Shown: one piece after another, positions 25,439-40,106 of the stretch | Position numbering within the stretch: the stretch's first letter is position 1 | Layout of the letters: the number at the start of each line of letters is the position of its first letter | Assembly: GCA_001949185.1 (NCBI GenBank) | Contig: BDGG01000007.1 | Location: 1,570,730-1,634,729 of the forward strand | Direction: 5' to 3' | Length of the DNA stretch: 64,000 nt | Origin: Ramazzottius varieornatus | Lineage: Eukaryota; Animalia; Tardigrada | Program-made: the position numbers and the translations under genes | The notes under the pieces: model-generated | What the model saw: only the letters and a program-made list of their open reading frames with translations | What the model was told of the DNA's origin: nothing | Databases searched by the model: none

Positions 25439-27240
25439 CGGATACAGAATCTTTTCCTTGCGGTACTCCCGGTTTCCGGCTTACAATTTGACAGCATGAA
25501 TTCTATAGTCTTTCTTCGCCTTGCGTTTTACTAACACTTGGGTGTCAACGTTACAGGTTGTTCTTGACCAGCAATAAAGAAGACGTTCTTCGCAGACGTC
25601 GCCAAGAAGACAGATTGTGCCGCCTGGTGGGGAAGAAGATAGACCTCAAACGGACAAGTTGGATAGCAAGGTATGTTCTTCAGCCTTGTGGATGTGTTAA
25701 TGGAAGCCAGTAGTTGAAGAGTACTGCGTGAGGCTGAGGGGAAGTAGGGATGAGGCACGGGACAAGCGGCAGGTTTGAAGCGTCTTCCGTGTGGAAGGGA
25801 ATAGGTTGGCGTGATAGCAGAGTGGAGCAGGAACAAGTGAGCGCTGTTCCGTTGATCCCCGAACGAGTTACGACAAGATTGTGGCTAATTGTGACCATTG
25901 ATGAAACGGTAATCGAGTTAGGTCTTTTGTTTGGCTTCTACAGGAAGAGGACGGGCTTTTTGGCCACATCGAGGGCAGAGAACGCGCATGCAGAGACTGG
26001 CAACTGCGGCTCCTCCGATTAAACTGTTCAAAAGCGCGGCTGACATCCAGTGCCGGGTTGTACTTGGCATGAAGAAATGGATAGGTCTGGATGGTGATTG
26101 TACTGTTTACAAAAGCTAGCAGTTTTAGGATAGATTATGCTCACACGAGTGATTTGCTATCAAGTTCAACTGTGGGCGAAGTGGGGGGAGAGTCAGTACT
26201 GGATGGACCATGGACGAAGGGCGGAAAGCGACAAGGCGGAACCGCGGAACGTTCATCTGGTTCCGCTTGACCAACTCTCTCTCTCGCCCCGCTTTCGTAT
26301 CCATTGGTCAGTTCCAGCACAGGAGAGGCTTGGAGGAATGATTAGAGGTTTAGCAGGAAGGCGCGCAGCTGTGCAGGAGAAAGGCATAGCATGATGGCTG
26401 ACAATCATGGCACAGCATGATGTTTGCTTTGATATCTGTTACAGTTTATCTTTTTAGCTGCATGCCCGAAGTATACATTGCGACGATTGTCGACAAGGCT
26501 GTTACGTCAGGCCAGGCTCGACTTGTTGGACGGGATCACACTTTCCTGCAGTGTAATTCAAGTGGATTACAGGATATCAAAAATCTATAGGCGGATTAAC
26601 CATTATAAAGTGGTGCCTTACTTGGTAGCGCGTAGTGCATACTACCACGACGAGAGGCTCTTATCAGTGATGTGTGGTATTTTGGAAGGAAAGACGGCGG
26701 CTATTGGCGCGCTCATCTTGTACGGCAGCTAGTCTTTTGCCGTCCGCCGTAATCGCCGATATCCTTCGTGGCGTACGCGCGCTTTGTGTCTGTGTACATT
26801 CTTTGCCTTGATCGTGATGGTGGTTTCTGCCATAGCGGCTGCTGCTGCTGCACGGAAGGAAGGCCTTGTATACTGATATAGAAAGTGGTCCCTGCTGCAT
26901 TTGATGAAGAGTTGCTTGCTACCGCTGCCTTACATATTATTTTGATATCGGGTTGTTGCACGTGGGAATAAGAGCACTTGTTGGCGCATATATACACATC
27001 ACCCATATACATATCTATCATCTTGGAAATCATGCGGAAAAGACCGGCGTGAAGCCTTCCCTAGCTCGCTCCGTTGTGTCTGATTGTGTGAAGGACCCGA
27101 AGGACTTTTTCGCATCATGTGATTCATATGAGGATAATGGATGCTGTTTATTGCTGGTGAATCAGCCTTATATGGTTGCATTGCTGTTTGATAAAGGAAT
27201 ATCACAGTCATTATAGTGTGTGCCGGAAGTTGTAGCGAAA

Positions 27241-30200
27241 ATGATTACCAGATGGATAATATCGTGGTTATTGCGGTGGGGAATTGGGCTGCTGTTGGTC
27301 AGCCCTAATGTATATGCTAATGGTCAGGCGGAAGATTCGAAGGGATCAGCGTCGTCGTTGTGGGCCTCTTCGTCTAGACGGCGTGACACAGAGCAACAGC
27401 AGGAATTATCCAGGCAGTCGCCGTTAATATCACAGGACAGCAGCTCCAATTATGGATTACAATGTCCACTCGCTTGCACATGCAACCAAGCCTTAACCTC
27501 CCTTGATTGCAGCAAGCGTCAACTTGCTCGCGTTCCTCTCGGAATACCACCACAGACGGAAAAACTGTAAATATTCAATGCATTCGTAACAACTTAGTTA
27601 CATGGTTTCGCATTTAAACTCTAATTTGGTAGAAAGAGATTCATTGAATTAGCAGCTGTGGATGCCCGTTTCTGGCCACACCCTTTCAACGTAAGAAATG
27701 ATATGAGTGAGGCGTCATGAGCTCGGCTGTGCGGATCTCACGTATAAGTATAGTTGAAAATTTCGAGGGTAAAAGAGTGAGAAGTTATGGCTGGCGATGA
27801 AAGGTCTGGTGGCTGGTGGGATGGCTAATGTAAATGTTGGGAATAAACGATGCTATCTTGCTTGTGATGAGTGGCGTCAGTCGTCTTGTCCACCTTTGAG
27901 CATTCCCCCGCATATTATCTCCATGATGGCTAGTCGACCTTAATCGCTCGCCAGCAGACTGGTTGAAGAAGGACGCGCTGTCAATACTGGGGGTTCTTGA
28001 GACCGTTCCCGTCGTCAGGAATCTTGGCTTCAGTGTTGACATTGTGCGCGCAAACGAAACGGGGCAGTGTTGGTAATTATCGCCGGGCTTGATGACTAAG
28101 CTGCGTGGGTGGATTGTGAAATGAAAGAGAGAATGCATGCCAAAGGGTGGAAGGTGAAGTGAGGAGAAGGAAGGTGTGAAGAACGCGGTCTATTGGGTCT
28201 ACTGTAGAGTGGCCATTGGCCGATGATTTAATGGCCCACTCAACAATTAATTAGCCAGATTGAATTGAACGAGGACATATTGACGCCCCAAAAAATTACA
28301 CCTGAAAGTCTTTTCTGGCCATTCCATTATGTGCCGGCTCTGAAGACATTCCTATTCATTAACGTGCGTTATGAAAAGTTTAATATTCTTTTATGGCTCA
28401 AAGAAAAGGTCAATGCTGTCCGACGTCTGAAGTCATGCAAAACCGATTTTGTTTTCCAACTTGTGACGTTGTTTGATTTTCGGCAAACAGTGGTATCTCA
28501 AAAGGTACAGCAAAAAAGTTTACTTGTAGCGAGTGAGGTGACTTGCTCGTAATTTGCGAGGCAAATCAGGCGCGCCAGATCGCTGCCTAATGGAAATTTC
28601 CTGTTGATGGTCCCCGGAGAATTAGCAGCGTTTTGAACTGGTTCGTACCCTAAAGATTTGCACCCGTGTCTTCCAGCCTTATTCCGAGTTCACAATATTC
28701 CAGACTTTCGGTCAAATGTTACGGCGAGCTTTGGCTTCCACTCAACCTCTCCAGCACTTGAATGCAAGCAAACAACTGGATAATTTGATTAGCCTACATT
28801 TAACCAGCATTGATTTCCATTCAAAAGGACACTTGTAACGTTGTAACACGGATAGATCTTAGATTTGCCAGCAAGTGTAACGAACCCTGTAATCAATTCA
28901 TGCTTTCCGTATCCTTATCCTTATCCTTCGATTTGGAAGTGCTCAGTTGACACGATGTTTTGGTTTTTACAGAGACCTACAAGGGAACAACTTGACGGTG
29001 ATCCACAACGCGGATTTCAAGGCGTTGAAGCGCTTAAAAATCTTGTAAGTACATACGGATAATATGCATGGCTTTATCTTCATTGCAAATTCAGCATTCG
29101 TCTCCTCCATTGCTCCATCTGTCTGTGATGCTTGGCATAACATGGTACTTGCGGCTGTGAAATGGGTGTAGCAGTGGGGTTTAGCATGGGAAAGCACTTG
29201 TCGTCATTTGGTAGTCTGAATAATGTGCTGTTAATGATTACAGGCAACTACAGGAAAATCAGATTCAGACGGTGGAAGCTGGCGCTTTTCAGGATCTCCT
29301 TTCCCTCGAACGCTTGTAAGTCCTTGTCTTTCGATATTCACTTGGCCTCAACATGTCATAACAAGTCGAGTATCCAATCGACTTGATAATTACCACCCTA
29401 CTCCTGCATATACAAGTGTTCATATCCTTAATAATTATTCATCAAGCAGGCCACATGATATGTTATGCCTCTCAAACTTTCCACAAGTTTCTCCGTCCGT
29501 ACTCTATTCGATTCTTAGCAGGACATGTTTCGAAGCAAAGAACCCTGGTCTCTGTCCGTTCAGATGATCAGTCGTGCTTAAAACTACTTGGGGATGACAC
29601 TAGGCAGTTTAGTTGAAACACATGGCTACACGGATGCCGAAGATTGATATCGAAATTGTAGCATGTTGAGCTCTCAAATGTTGTCTGATGATTATCCAGC
29701 CGTCAGCGGTGGTCAGACATGATGCATCCCACGACAGACCTTTCCATTTCCTCACCATCAAGGCGCAACGATCAACAGCAGCCATCATTTCTCGTGAAAG
29801 CGATTTAACCTCCATTAACAAGAAAACCTCTTATTTCTTCGAGGACTCGGCTGGGAAAGAAGAGAGGGTCTAAGATGGAGAAGGAAGAGGACACTTGATC
29901 GTTAGCCTTAAGGGCATGAATGCTTTTTGAGGGATGAATGTTTGCACACAATCCAGCACAAAAAGCAGACCGTCACTAAACGGGCCGAGATGCTGTCGGA
30001 GAGCGTTATAGCTCGAAGGGTCAGATCGATTCGTTTTTTTTGAAAGAGAGATATATCTGTCGGTAAAAGCAACTCTACACAGCAGGTCCACTAAAATGAA
30101 TTAGACTTTTGCTCGGCAAACCTTTCGGCTATCCCCAAGATGAACATGCCGCGTCGCAGCTTGGCTCTATTTGTACAAAAGAGACGCACTGTCCAAGGCA

Positions 30201-33200
30201 GATTGTCGATGAGCAGGAAAAGATCAATCGGTTAGTTTCACCGGGCAAGTGCTGCATGTTGTCACTTCTCATCCTCTCAATCACGGCAAAAGACGCACCG
30301 AACAACTGTGTGCCCAACGGAAGTTCGAAGTTGTCGCGGCTGCGACGAAAGCCGGCGCAGGTTCGCGAACCTTCGCTGGCTTTACTCAGTTCCACATACA
30401 GAAGCTTTGTTGGTGCAAAAAGAAACCTCGCTTTCGTAGTTCATGATGGGTTGTTTTGTGGTCCTGAGATCGTCCCGTGTTTTGTACCCTCTGGTTAAAA
30501 ATGGAAACCTGGCAAATCGCGGGGCACACTACGCAGTAAAGTGCGTAAGGTGACAAAAAGAGCTCCCAGACCGGGAATCGAACCCGGGTCTTCCACGTGA
30601 CAGGCGGAGATACTCACCACTATACTATCTGGGACATGTTATGGATGTTCGGACAAATTTGTCCTCCCAGCTGTATAGAACCGACTGCTGTTTCTTTTTA
30701 CGATTGTTATTGGGAACCCCGCTTTTTCTGTGTCCATCCATATTCGGGCCGACTCACCACTACACTATCTGAGACAATTCTTGTACAAGTTTACAAATTA
30801 CAGTCTGAGCTTGTTTTAATTGCATCTCACTCCCATCTCGGACGGGACCTAGTGGGTTCTCCGAGAGTTGGCACATCCGGCCATGTCGAGCTATATTTTT
30901 ACACTTAACACGGAGACGGTCGAACTGGTTTCTGGATCTATAAGACACGGAAACCCTAGTTCGTTCTTGACCTACCGGGAAAACGTACGCCTGATAAGCT
31001 CGGCCTTTAAAGTCTTTACAGCGGAAGATATTGCCGCGGTCAGGGTCAAGAATACCAATCATCTCTTGAAGCGGCTAATGACTTAGTGACCTGTCATCAT
31101 CAAGGCAGATACCTGGATCAGGAATTAGCGCAGGCCGGCACGCTTTTTTTAGCAACTAAGTTGGTTTGCACTGCCCCCTGGCGCTCAGCAATCGCTATCT
31201 TCATGACAAATTTTGTTTCTGTTTTTCAGGCGGTTAAACAAAAACCAGCTACGGAGTTTGCCAGACCTTCTTTTGGCCGGTTCAAGTCAACTCAGCCGAT
31301 TGTAAGTAAATACTTTGTTATCGTGCTACGCGAGAATATTATTCTGCTGGTACAGCGTAGCGTGGGGGATCCGTCTCTTTCAGTTGACGGTGATTGATCA
31401 GGCTGGTTCCAAAGATTTTGTATACTTTGTTGCTCTTTTGAGAGAAGCATCAAAAGGAAAGGTGGTGTAGGTTTTTAGGACAGGTATAACGACAATATTG
31501 AGCAAGCAAAGGGGCAAATGGAGGGAGGGAAGGCAGGAACATTGGGTTATGCACGGGCACGTTTCTCTACGAGGTGCTTGCGGCCATTGTCCAGCTAGAA
31601 GGGCCTTTCATCAGAGTTTCAGTAAGCAAAATAGCGCAAGTGTTGACTGTTCCCACCCCTGCATGAAAAGCCTCCCAGCCCATTCATCGTTACTTTTCGA
31701 GCCTTAGCTGACTTTGCCGCGACCGTGCCGAGACTGTTCCTTTCGGGCTGGGGAAGCCGGAGGAAATGAGCTTTGTCACACTGCAAACCTTGTAAGTCTT
31801 TGAGTCTTCGGACCGCCGTTCGTAAGAATGGCGATGCTCATGACAGCAGTCGTCAATTTTTTTCTGTCCGGTAGGGGGCGAAATGGACAAAGTGTTGAAC
31901 AAGAAAGAGGTTCGGTTGAAGTAAGATTGCATTATTCAACTCAGCAGGAATACAGGTGACATTACACAAGAGCATGAGGTTTTTTTGTGAAGAGAGATCG
32001 TCAGGAAGCATCTGGCATTTATGGTGTGAAAAGAGCGTGGCTGCATTTGTGTCGAATGGAATGGCGCAAATGTATTCAGCTGGTCAGATGCCGCCGAGCG
32101 AACGTGATTCTAACGCGATTCACCGCATTCTTCTTTTCCTGTCGGTCGGTATGGTGTTCAGCGCGTACCTGCCCATTGACTCTTCTTCATGCGATTATCA
32201 CCAGTCGAACCAGCTCATGTTCACCTTCGCGTGAATAGCTGCTTGCGCCTTTTTCACGGCATTGCAGTCGATTTCCTGGTGGCTATTTATCTAGTCTTCA
32301 ATGGTAAATGGTCAAGACAAATGTCAGAGGGAAAAAGAGAAATGACAGGTGTCATTGCACTGCTAAGCTAAATATTATCGCCAGGAATTTTTCTCAACAT
32401 TCCGTGTTTGCTCCTCAGGTTAGATAGATTTGTTTTGTGCGTTCTGCGGCAGCAACCAACTGACTTCTACAAGCGTATATAGAATTATATAGAAAGGAAG
32501 GACCAAAACAACAATTTTCAAACTGTTTTTCGTGTAGATCCTGTCGTACTTTGTTAGTCGAGAACCCGAACAAGAGTGACGGGTCGTAGGTACGATGGCT
32601 GCGGTATTTCCACGTCAAAAAGCGCCAGCATAATTTTTCAGACATTTATCTGACATTTATTACCAAATTATGCTTGGCAAATATCACTGGTTGCGGTATT
32701 GCCATTGCCGAAAGTTAACCTCGTAAATTAAAAGCCATTTGTCAAAGTAGTCGGTTGGGCGGACTGCTGCTGCAATAATGTACGCAGTAACTCAATGGCA
32801 ATGATGGTCGGTAGGGTCGTCGTTTCAGATCGTAAAGCGTCAACAGATTTCAGCGCGTGTCAGAGTTCGAACATTTCTGCTCGACCAGAAGCAGCCTTTT
32901 ATATTCTTGGCAGGAGTCGCTGGAGCAAGCTACTGTGGGACTTGTAATGTATCGGTTAGGTCTTCACGTCCAGAACAAAAGGAAGAACAAGTTTTGGCGT
33001 GTTGTTCAGCATCATTTCGAGTCTAGTGGTGAGGCCGGATATAGACGATTCTTTGGTCACTTGGAGAATATAGTGGTCATTTGGCCGTCATGTCAAGCTG
33101 GGCTAGTCAGTGGTAGGCCTTCAATTATCAGTTGAAAATAAGCTCGTGATGAATAGTCACCTGCCGTTAGTGTTGAGTTGCTGCTAGTCGTAAAATGCCA

Positions 33201-36200
33201 CAACTGCCTCATGACCAACCCATCAGCCTATGAATTATGGATAGCCGTTTTCTTCTTTCCGTCAACGCTGAAAATTTTGCTCAGCGACGCTTCCGCAAGG
33301 ATCCTCCTGGCCCAAAGTGCCACCTTGAACCGCAAACCCAAACATACGTTGAATTTCATGTCCCCATAAATGGCACATCGTTAACCGCGGAACATTACTA
33401 TACTGTACTGTAAATTGGGTTACAAGCATAACTCAAGCATATGGTGGAATAATTTATTGTGTTTTTTTCCCAGAGACTTGAGTGACAACCAGCTGCAGTT
33501 TATTGGGCGGAAAACATTTACGGGAGTGGGGCGTCTTCGGAACCTACAGCTGGACAACAATCAGTTACGATGTATCGACGGCGACGCCCTTCGTTCCCTC
33601 AAGGACCTGCAGATACTGTATGGGGCTCTCCGTTATGATCTGCAACGTGCCATTGTAAACGATATTTGTCTTTTCTTCTTGCAGAACGTTAAATTACAAC
33701 AATCTAACGACCCTGGCCAAAGATATGTTCAGCGATATGAAGAACCTTCGCATACTGTAAGTCGTTGTAATTCTGACTGTCTTGCTATGGAACTAGGAAT
33801 GGGTATCTTTCACGAAAACGTTTGACATACTTGTAGGAGGATATCAGAGAACCGTCTTTCCTGCGACTGCAACTTGCAGTGGCTGGCTGGTTGGCTGCGT
33901 CGCAATCCCCGGCTGGCTTTGTTCACCAAATGCAGCACACCGCGTAGCCTGCGACAACGCAACATTGCCGAGCTGGAGTCCAATGAGCTAAAGTGCGCCA
34001 ACAACGGACACACTGGCCTCTCCTTGCAGCTGGCATCCTTGCAAAACTACTTTGTGGCCACGGCTGCCGCTCAACGCTCCAACGGACCTTCCTGCAACGC
34101 CAACGAGCCCGACTGTCCCGACTTGTGTCGTTGCACGCAAGATGGGCTGGTCGACTGTCGGGATCGCGGTCTTTTGACCATCCCTTCCAACATCCCCGCA
34201 GACGTCACCGAGCTGTAAGTCTTCTCTTGTTTACCGCGCTTTTGATGCACTGCATAGAAGATGAAATGGATCGTCACCGGTTTAATATCTTGTTTGCCTT
34301 GTAGTCGTCTGGAACAGAACCTAATCAGCCACATCCCTTCCCAGGCCTTCTCGCCCTACAAATATTTGAAGAAAATGTAAGGGCGGTCTTTCCGTTCACA
34401 TTGACAATAGCTACGTTTGCCGTCAGCTGGAGCTAACTTTTGATGGATTTTTTTGCAGTGACGTCAGCAACAACAAAATCGCGGAAATTGCCCCCGATGC
34501 TTTTACAGGCTTGGAAGCACTGACGTCATTGTAAGTTGCTCGATGCTTGTGCCATGATTGTCTTGAGTGATCTGAGAGTGTCTCGAGGAATCTTTCTGAT
34601 TAACCTGATTACGTTGATTGGTTCTTTGTTGCAGAGTGCTGTATGGTAATTTAATTCAGGACGTGACACCGGCACTCTTTCGTGGATTGCGTTCACTGCA
34701 ACTGCTGTAAGTGCACAGCCAAATGATAATTATACAGTACTGTACTTTTCCATGCTGACCTCGGCCAATGATGTTCTTCACAGGTTATTGAATTCCAATA
34801 AGATTGCCTGTCTTCATCTGGAGACTTTTCACGATCTGCACAATTTAAATCTCTTGTAAGTGTCATCTGGTTGCAAGTTTGAAAATTAATAACAGAGCCA
34901 TCTGTTAACCATCGAAGGCCGACTGTTATATTCTCCTTGCTTGAACAGATCGCTGTATGACAACAAGTTGATATCGTTGGCTAACGGGACGTTTAGCTCT
35001 CTTCGCAAGCTACAAACACTGTAAGTACCTTGTTGACCATCCACCCGGAGAATCACCACTCTTTCAAGTACTGAAGCATACCAATATCATTCCCATGGAT
35101 AAAGTCTAGTGGCATACATTGCGAGCTGAAATGAAGATGCTAACCAAACAGAAATAATAATGACATTGCTGGTGTGAGGATAGCCAGATGAAGTGACGCA
35201 TGTTCTCATGTGTCTGCAGGCACCTGGCGCGCAATCCTTTTGTGTGTGACTGCAACCTGAAATGGCTATCCAGCTACCTACTGGCCAACCCCAACATCGA
35301 GACGTCGGGAGCACGCTGTGATGGCGGCCCAATGCGTCTGGAGCGTCAACGGCTGGACCAAATGCGACCCGACAAGTTCAAGTGCAAAGGAACGGAAGAG
35401 AGCAAGACGCGAGCCTTTGCCAGTGGCACTTGCGCTGTCATGCAAGCTGATGGCACCGTCCCTGGCTGGCCGTCCGCCCAAGACTGTCCCGCCGAATGCC
35501 TCTGTGTCGGCACCGTGGTCAATTGCACTTCCCGCCACTTGACCACTCTACCCCAAAGCCTGCCCAAATATGCTACCCAGCTGTAAGTGCACATCATCGA
35601 AAAGACCGCTCTCCAAGCTCAATGGCATGGTCTTCTGTCTTCTAGGCTCTTGCGGGATAACAAGATCCAGAAAATCGACAAGACCTCGCTTTTCGCCCAC
35701 TCTCCCAATTTGGTCAAAATGTAAGTTGAGCCTTATTCAGTTTGTAGCGATTGACCGCAGTCTAAGCTGATATTGTGCATCTGCTTGCAGCGACCTGTCA
35801 AAGAACGAAATCTCCTCTATTGCCGAGAATGCCTTTGAGGGAGCCACAGTCCTCGTTGATCTGTAAGCAGCAGCGGGCCCTTAAAAGCCATCGTCCCCGT
35901 GGAGGCATTCCATTCAAAATGCTGGCTTTTATAGGAATTTGGGCAGTAACAAGCTACGCCACCTAAATGCGTCGACGCTGAGCGGCAACATGGACAAGCT
36001 GCAGTCGCTGTCCTTCTTCGACAACCAGATTAGCTGTATCAGTAGCGGCACCTTCGACATGCTACCGCAGCTCCATACATTGTACGTCTTTGATGTTGTT
36101 AGAGAGCCAGCAGATAGTCACGTCTTGCCATCTACTGTACGTCACCTTACCTTACAGGAACCTCTTGAACAATCCTCTGCACTGTAACTGCCATTTGGTC

Positions 36201-39200
36201 TGGTTCCCCGAGTGGTTACAGCAGAAGCGTAAAGAGTCGGCGTTCCACTTGGTGGGTAAAGCCCGTTGTGCCTCTCCAGCGCTATTAAAGGAGACGCTGG
36301 TCTACGAGTTGGGCGGCAAAGAGCTGAAATGCTTGGAGGATGACCAGGTCTGTTCGGCCTCTCCGCGGCCCTTTGCCTGTCCCCCAAAGTGTAGCTGTAG
36401 CGGCACCATCGTCCGCTGCAGTCGCCAAAAGCTGACGGCCTTCCCCAAGGATATCCCGCTGGCCACCACCGAACTGTACGACTCACTTGATGACACAATG
36501 TCTTATCGTACAATTCTAAGCTGGCTGCTGTTGTGTGTTGGCAGATATCTGGACGTCAACGAGATAGAAGCCATCCCCGGCCAGCTCAATCAACTGAGGG
36601 AGCTGGTGCGCCTGGACTTGTCCAACAACCTGGTCTCCTTCATCCCCGAGCTGGCCTTTGCCAACCTCAGCAAGCTGGCCACGCTGATTATGAGCTACAA
36701 TAAGCTGCAGTGTGTGCCGCGCCAAGCCTTCAAAGGACTGACGGCGCTGCGCTTGCTGTCGCTGCACGGTAACGACATCTCCATGCTGCCGGAAGGGACT
36801 TTTGACGACCTGACCGCCATGTCTCACATGTAAGTGACACACTGCTCCTGCCCATGACAGCTTTGACCGTTAGCTGCACCTTCTTCCTCTTTGTACATAG
36901 CGCCTTGGGAAGCAACCCCTTTCACTGCGACTGCCAACTACGCTGGCTGTCCGAACTGCTGAAAAAGAACTACATTGAACCAGGTATCGCCACATGCTCC
37001 ACCCCGCTGGAACTGCGGGATAAGCTGGTCCTCAGTGCTTCCAGCGATCGCTTCGTCTGTCATGGTAAGACATGTTTCCCTGCTTTGTCAATGGAAAATA
37101 AAAGTAGAAGCTGGCTGCTATTTTCAGAGCGGCCACCGGAGCGGGTGTTGGTCAAATGCGACCTGTGCTACACCTATCCCTGCAAGAATGGGGCAGCTTG
37201 TGGCAAGAAGGAGGTGTTGGACTATGAGTGTCGCTGCGTGCCGGGCTACCACGGCAAGAACTGCGAGTACGAGATTGACGCCTGCTACGGCAGCCCCTGC
37301 GAGAACGGCGGCACCTGCAAGGTGGTGGACCATGGCCGCTTCAGCTGCCTCTGTCCCCTGGGCTTGGAGGGCGATCGCTGCCAGGTCAACATTGACGACT
37401 GCGTCGGTCACTTGTGCCAGAACAACGCCACCTGCCTCGACCACCTGCAGGCCTACAGCTGTAAATGCCTGCCCGGCTATAGCGGCACCTATTGCGATAA
37501 AAAGATTGACTATTGCTCGCCCTTGTTGAATCCCTGCAAGAATGGCGCCACCTGTATCGACAAGCTGGTCGACTACGCTTGCGCATGTCCGGCCGGCTTC
37601 CGTGGACAAAATTGCACGGAGAACATTGATGATTGCCACGTCAACCTCTGCCAAAATTCCGGTATGCTGCACTGCTTTTTCGGCTTTTTATTGTCAGCTC
37701 GTATTTTGATGGGGTGCTTGCAGGTGTTTGTGTGGATGGCATCGGCAACTACACTTGCGATTGCCCGGATGGCTTCGCTGGCAAGTACTGCGAGCTGGCT
37801 CCCATGGTCAGTATGCTGATGAACCCACAAGCCTCGGCCTGTGAAGCCAGCGACTGCCAGAATGGCATGTGCCTGTTAGGGGCCAACCAGGAGCACTTTT
37901 GCCAGTGCTACCCTGGCTTCAGCGGCAAAGACTGCCAACAGGCCAGCGGTGTCTCCTTCACCGACGGCCAGGCCTACCTGCAATTGAGCAAGTTCCCAGT
38001 CCACGGTCAGTTACACAGACATGCTTTGTCCTTGATTAATCTGTGGAAATAAATGTCTCTTCTGTTTTGCAGGCTTGAAGAACGAAATCAACTTGACCTT
38101 CACCTTAGCCACCAAAGAGCAGAGCGGGGTCGTCTTCTACTACGGCCAGTCTATGCGTAATGCCCACGCCAGCACGGCCCACTTAGCCATGGAGCTCTTT
38201 AAAGGTCGGCTAAAGGTCTCCTTCGATGTGGGCAACTACCCCGTCTCCACCATGTTCAGCTACGAAATGCTGGACGACGGCCACTTCCATCGCCTAGAGT
38301 TCCTGATCAAGGGCAAGAACCTGACCATGCGGGTAGACACCAACAAGAGTCGCTATGTCATCAATGAAGGTCCCAAGGAATACTTGCCGGCTGAAGGCAA
38401 GGTCTTCTTTGGCGGGCTGGAAAGCAGCGCCAAGAGCGAGGCTATCAAACAGTGGCATCTCAGAAACGCCACCTCTCTCAAAGGTACCGTCTTGGCTGGC
38501 CCATTCTCCACGTACTGTACTTTAAAAAGGTGGTTATGCTTACAGGATGCATTAGTGATGTGAGGGTCAATGGCGAAGCTGTCGATCTGAGGCAGAGCGC
38601 AACGTCGCAACACAAGGTGACGCCGGGTTGCCTCAGTTACGCCCGCAGCGAGGATCACGTATGTGTACGGGATGGCCAGCGCTGTTTGCACGGGGGCAAA
38701 TGCTTGCCTCTCGACGTTATCAACTACCAATGCCAGTGTCCTGCCGGATACGGTGGTCGCCACTGCGAAGAAGGTAGCGCCTCATATACTGGACATTGGC
38801 AACGGAGTTGAACATGATCGTTTTACCAAGTGACGCACTTGTCCAGCCATTATTAATGACAGCGTGCGCGACTTCAGATAGCGATCACGTTCACTTCATT
38901 TGCCGACGTCTCAATGTATATCCATGTTGAACAGGATGGTTATTGATTTGTGCTTTTTGCATTGGTAGAGCCCACGTGTGAAAAGCGCTCACGGCGGGAA
39001 TACCTACAAGACGCCAATGGATGTCGATCACGCAAGCCGGTCAAGCTGTCGGAATGCAGCGGCAACTGTCACCGGGCCTTTTCCGCTGCTGCTGCTGTTG
39101 CCTTTGCCCCAAGTCTGCAGACGGAGATGATTGCCGACCAGCCGATGGACAGTCCCTCCATTAGCTGCTGTCGCGCCGACAAGATGAAGCAACGGCGCAT

Positions 39201-39285
39201 CAAGATGTTGTGTCCGCTGGCCAAGAAGACCTACTACAAGCATTACGAGATTGTCCGCAAATGCTCCTGTCTACCCTGTCACTAG
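27241..39285 (+). CDS. slit: Slit axon-guidance ligand (4 LRR domains, 6 EGF, LamG, 1 EGF, cystine knot)
   Basis: Signal-peptide exon 27241-27566 ending in an LRR-NT (CPLACTC..LDCS). 72-bp LRR exons at 28973-29044, 29244-29315 and 31230-31301. LARNPFVCDCNLKWL, an EGF array, LamG (HLAMELFKGRLKVSFDVGNYPVSTMFS), and a C-terminal CTCK ending VRKCSC. Confidence 0.96.
30563..30634 (-). tRNA. tRNA-Asp (GTC)
   Basis: TCCCAGATAGTATAGTGGTGAGTATCTCCGCCTGTCACGTGGAAGACCCGGGTTCGATTCCCGGTCTGGGAG: paired acceptor stem, A/B boxes, GTC anticodon, and a T5 Pol III terminator at 30555-30559. Confidence 0.95.
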
Positions 39286-39489
39286 CACAGCCTTTGCCTT
39301 GCCTAGCCTTCTGGCGTTGTGTACACCAATGTCCCCTAGCATTGTCTTATCTTGGACCAACGTCCAACGACGATACCTGTACTCTCTTGTGCAAATTCTT
39401 CTACGACTCTGTACTCGCAATCTTACTCTCACCTGTCCTTTCTAGATGAATTCTATTCTTTTCCGGTATAGCATGGTGTAAAACTACTA

Positions 39490-39791
39490 CAGGCGCATCG
39501 TTAAAGCTTTAAGGGAATAAACGAGAAGAGATAAGCCGGTCCAAGTGCACGCTGCCAGTTGCCGATACACACTCCGACTCACGGCGATGATGTCCATCGG
39601 TCTGTGATCCCCAGATAAAGTACACGCGCCTGGCCTAAATGTGGGGATGGACAAAAATGTGGGGAACGGAGCGAAAGCGAATGATTTAATTGATTGGTCA
39701 ACCACAGCTGGCCCGTGCCGCTTTCGCTCCGTTCCCTACATTTAGGCCAGGCAAGTGTAGGCCATGCATGATTAAGGCAACGATGAGCCTG
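39490..39791. mobile_element. Small MITE-like element with an internal hairpin
   Basis: Ends CAGGCGCATCGTT / AACGATGAGCCTG (12/13). Internal inverted repeat GCCTGGCCTAAATGT..GGAACGGAGCGAAAGCG (~39628-39680) pairs with ~39719-39752. Confidence 0.5.
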
Positions 39792-39805
39792 CTGCCTGCA
39801 AGTTC

Positions 39806-40106
39806 ACTTCCGGTTAAGCGCCGACATCTTCACACGCCTCGCGCTCCATTTTTTGCCAGTATGACCCATCGATATTTTTACATATCCGGACTGCTCTCAC
39901 TGAGATCTCTCGAATGAGGAAAGAAAACGAGTTCTGGACCCCTGACAGGAAAGCCATCGGAAATCTGTCAGGGGTCCAGAACTCGTTTTCTTTGCTCATT
40001 CGAGAGATCTCAATGAGAGCAGCCGGATATGTAAAAATATCGATGGGTCATACTGGCAAAAAATGGAGCGCGAGCGGTGTGAAGATGTCGGTGCATACCC
40101 GGAAGT
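39806..40106. repeat. Near-perfect ~300-bp palindrome (foldback MITE)
   Basis: Arms 39806-39948 and 39965-40106 are reverse complements with few mismatches; 16-nt loop. Confidence 0.92.
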
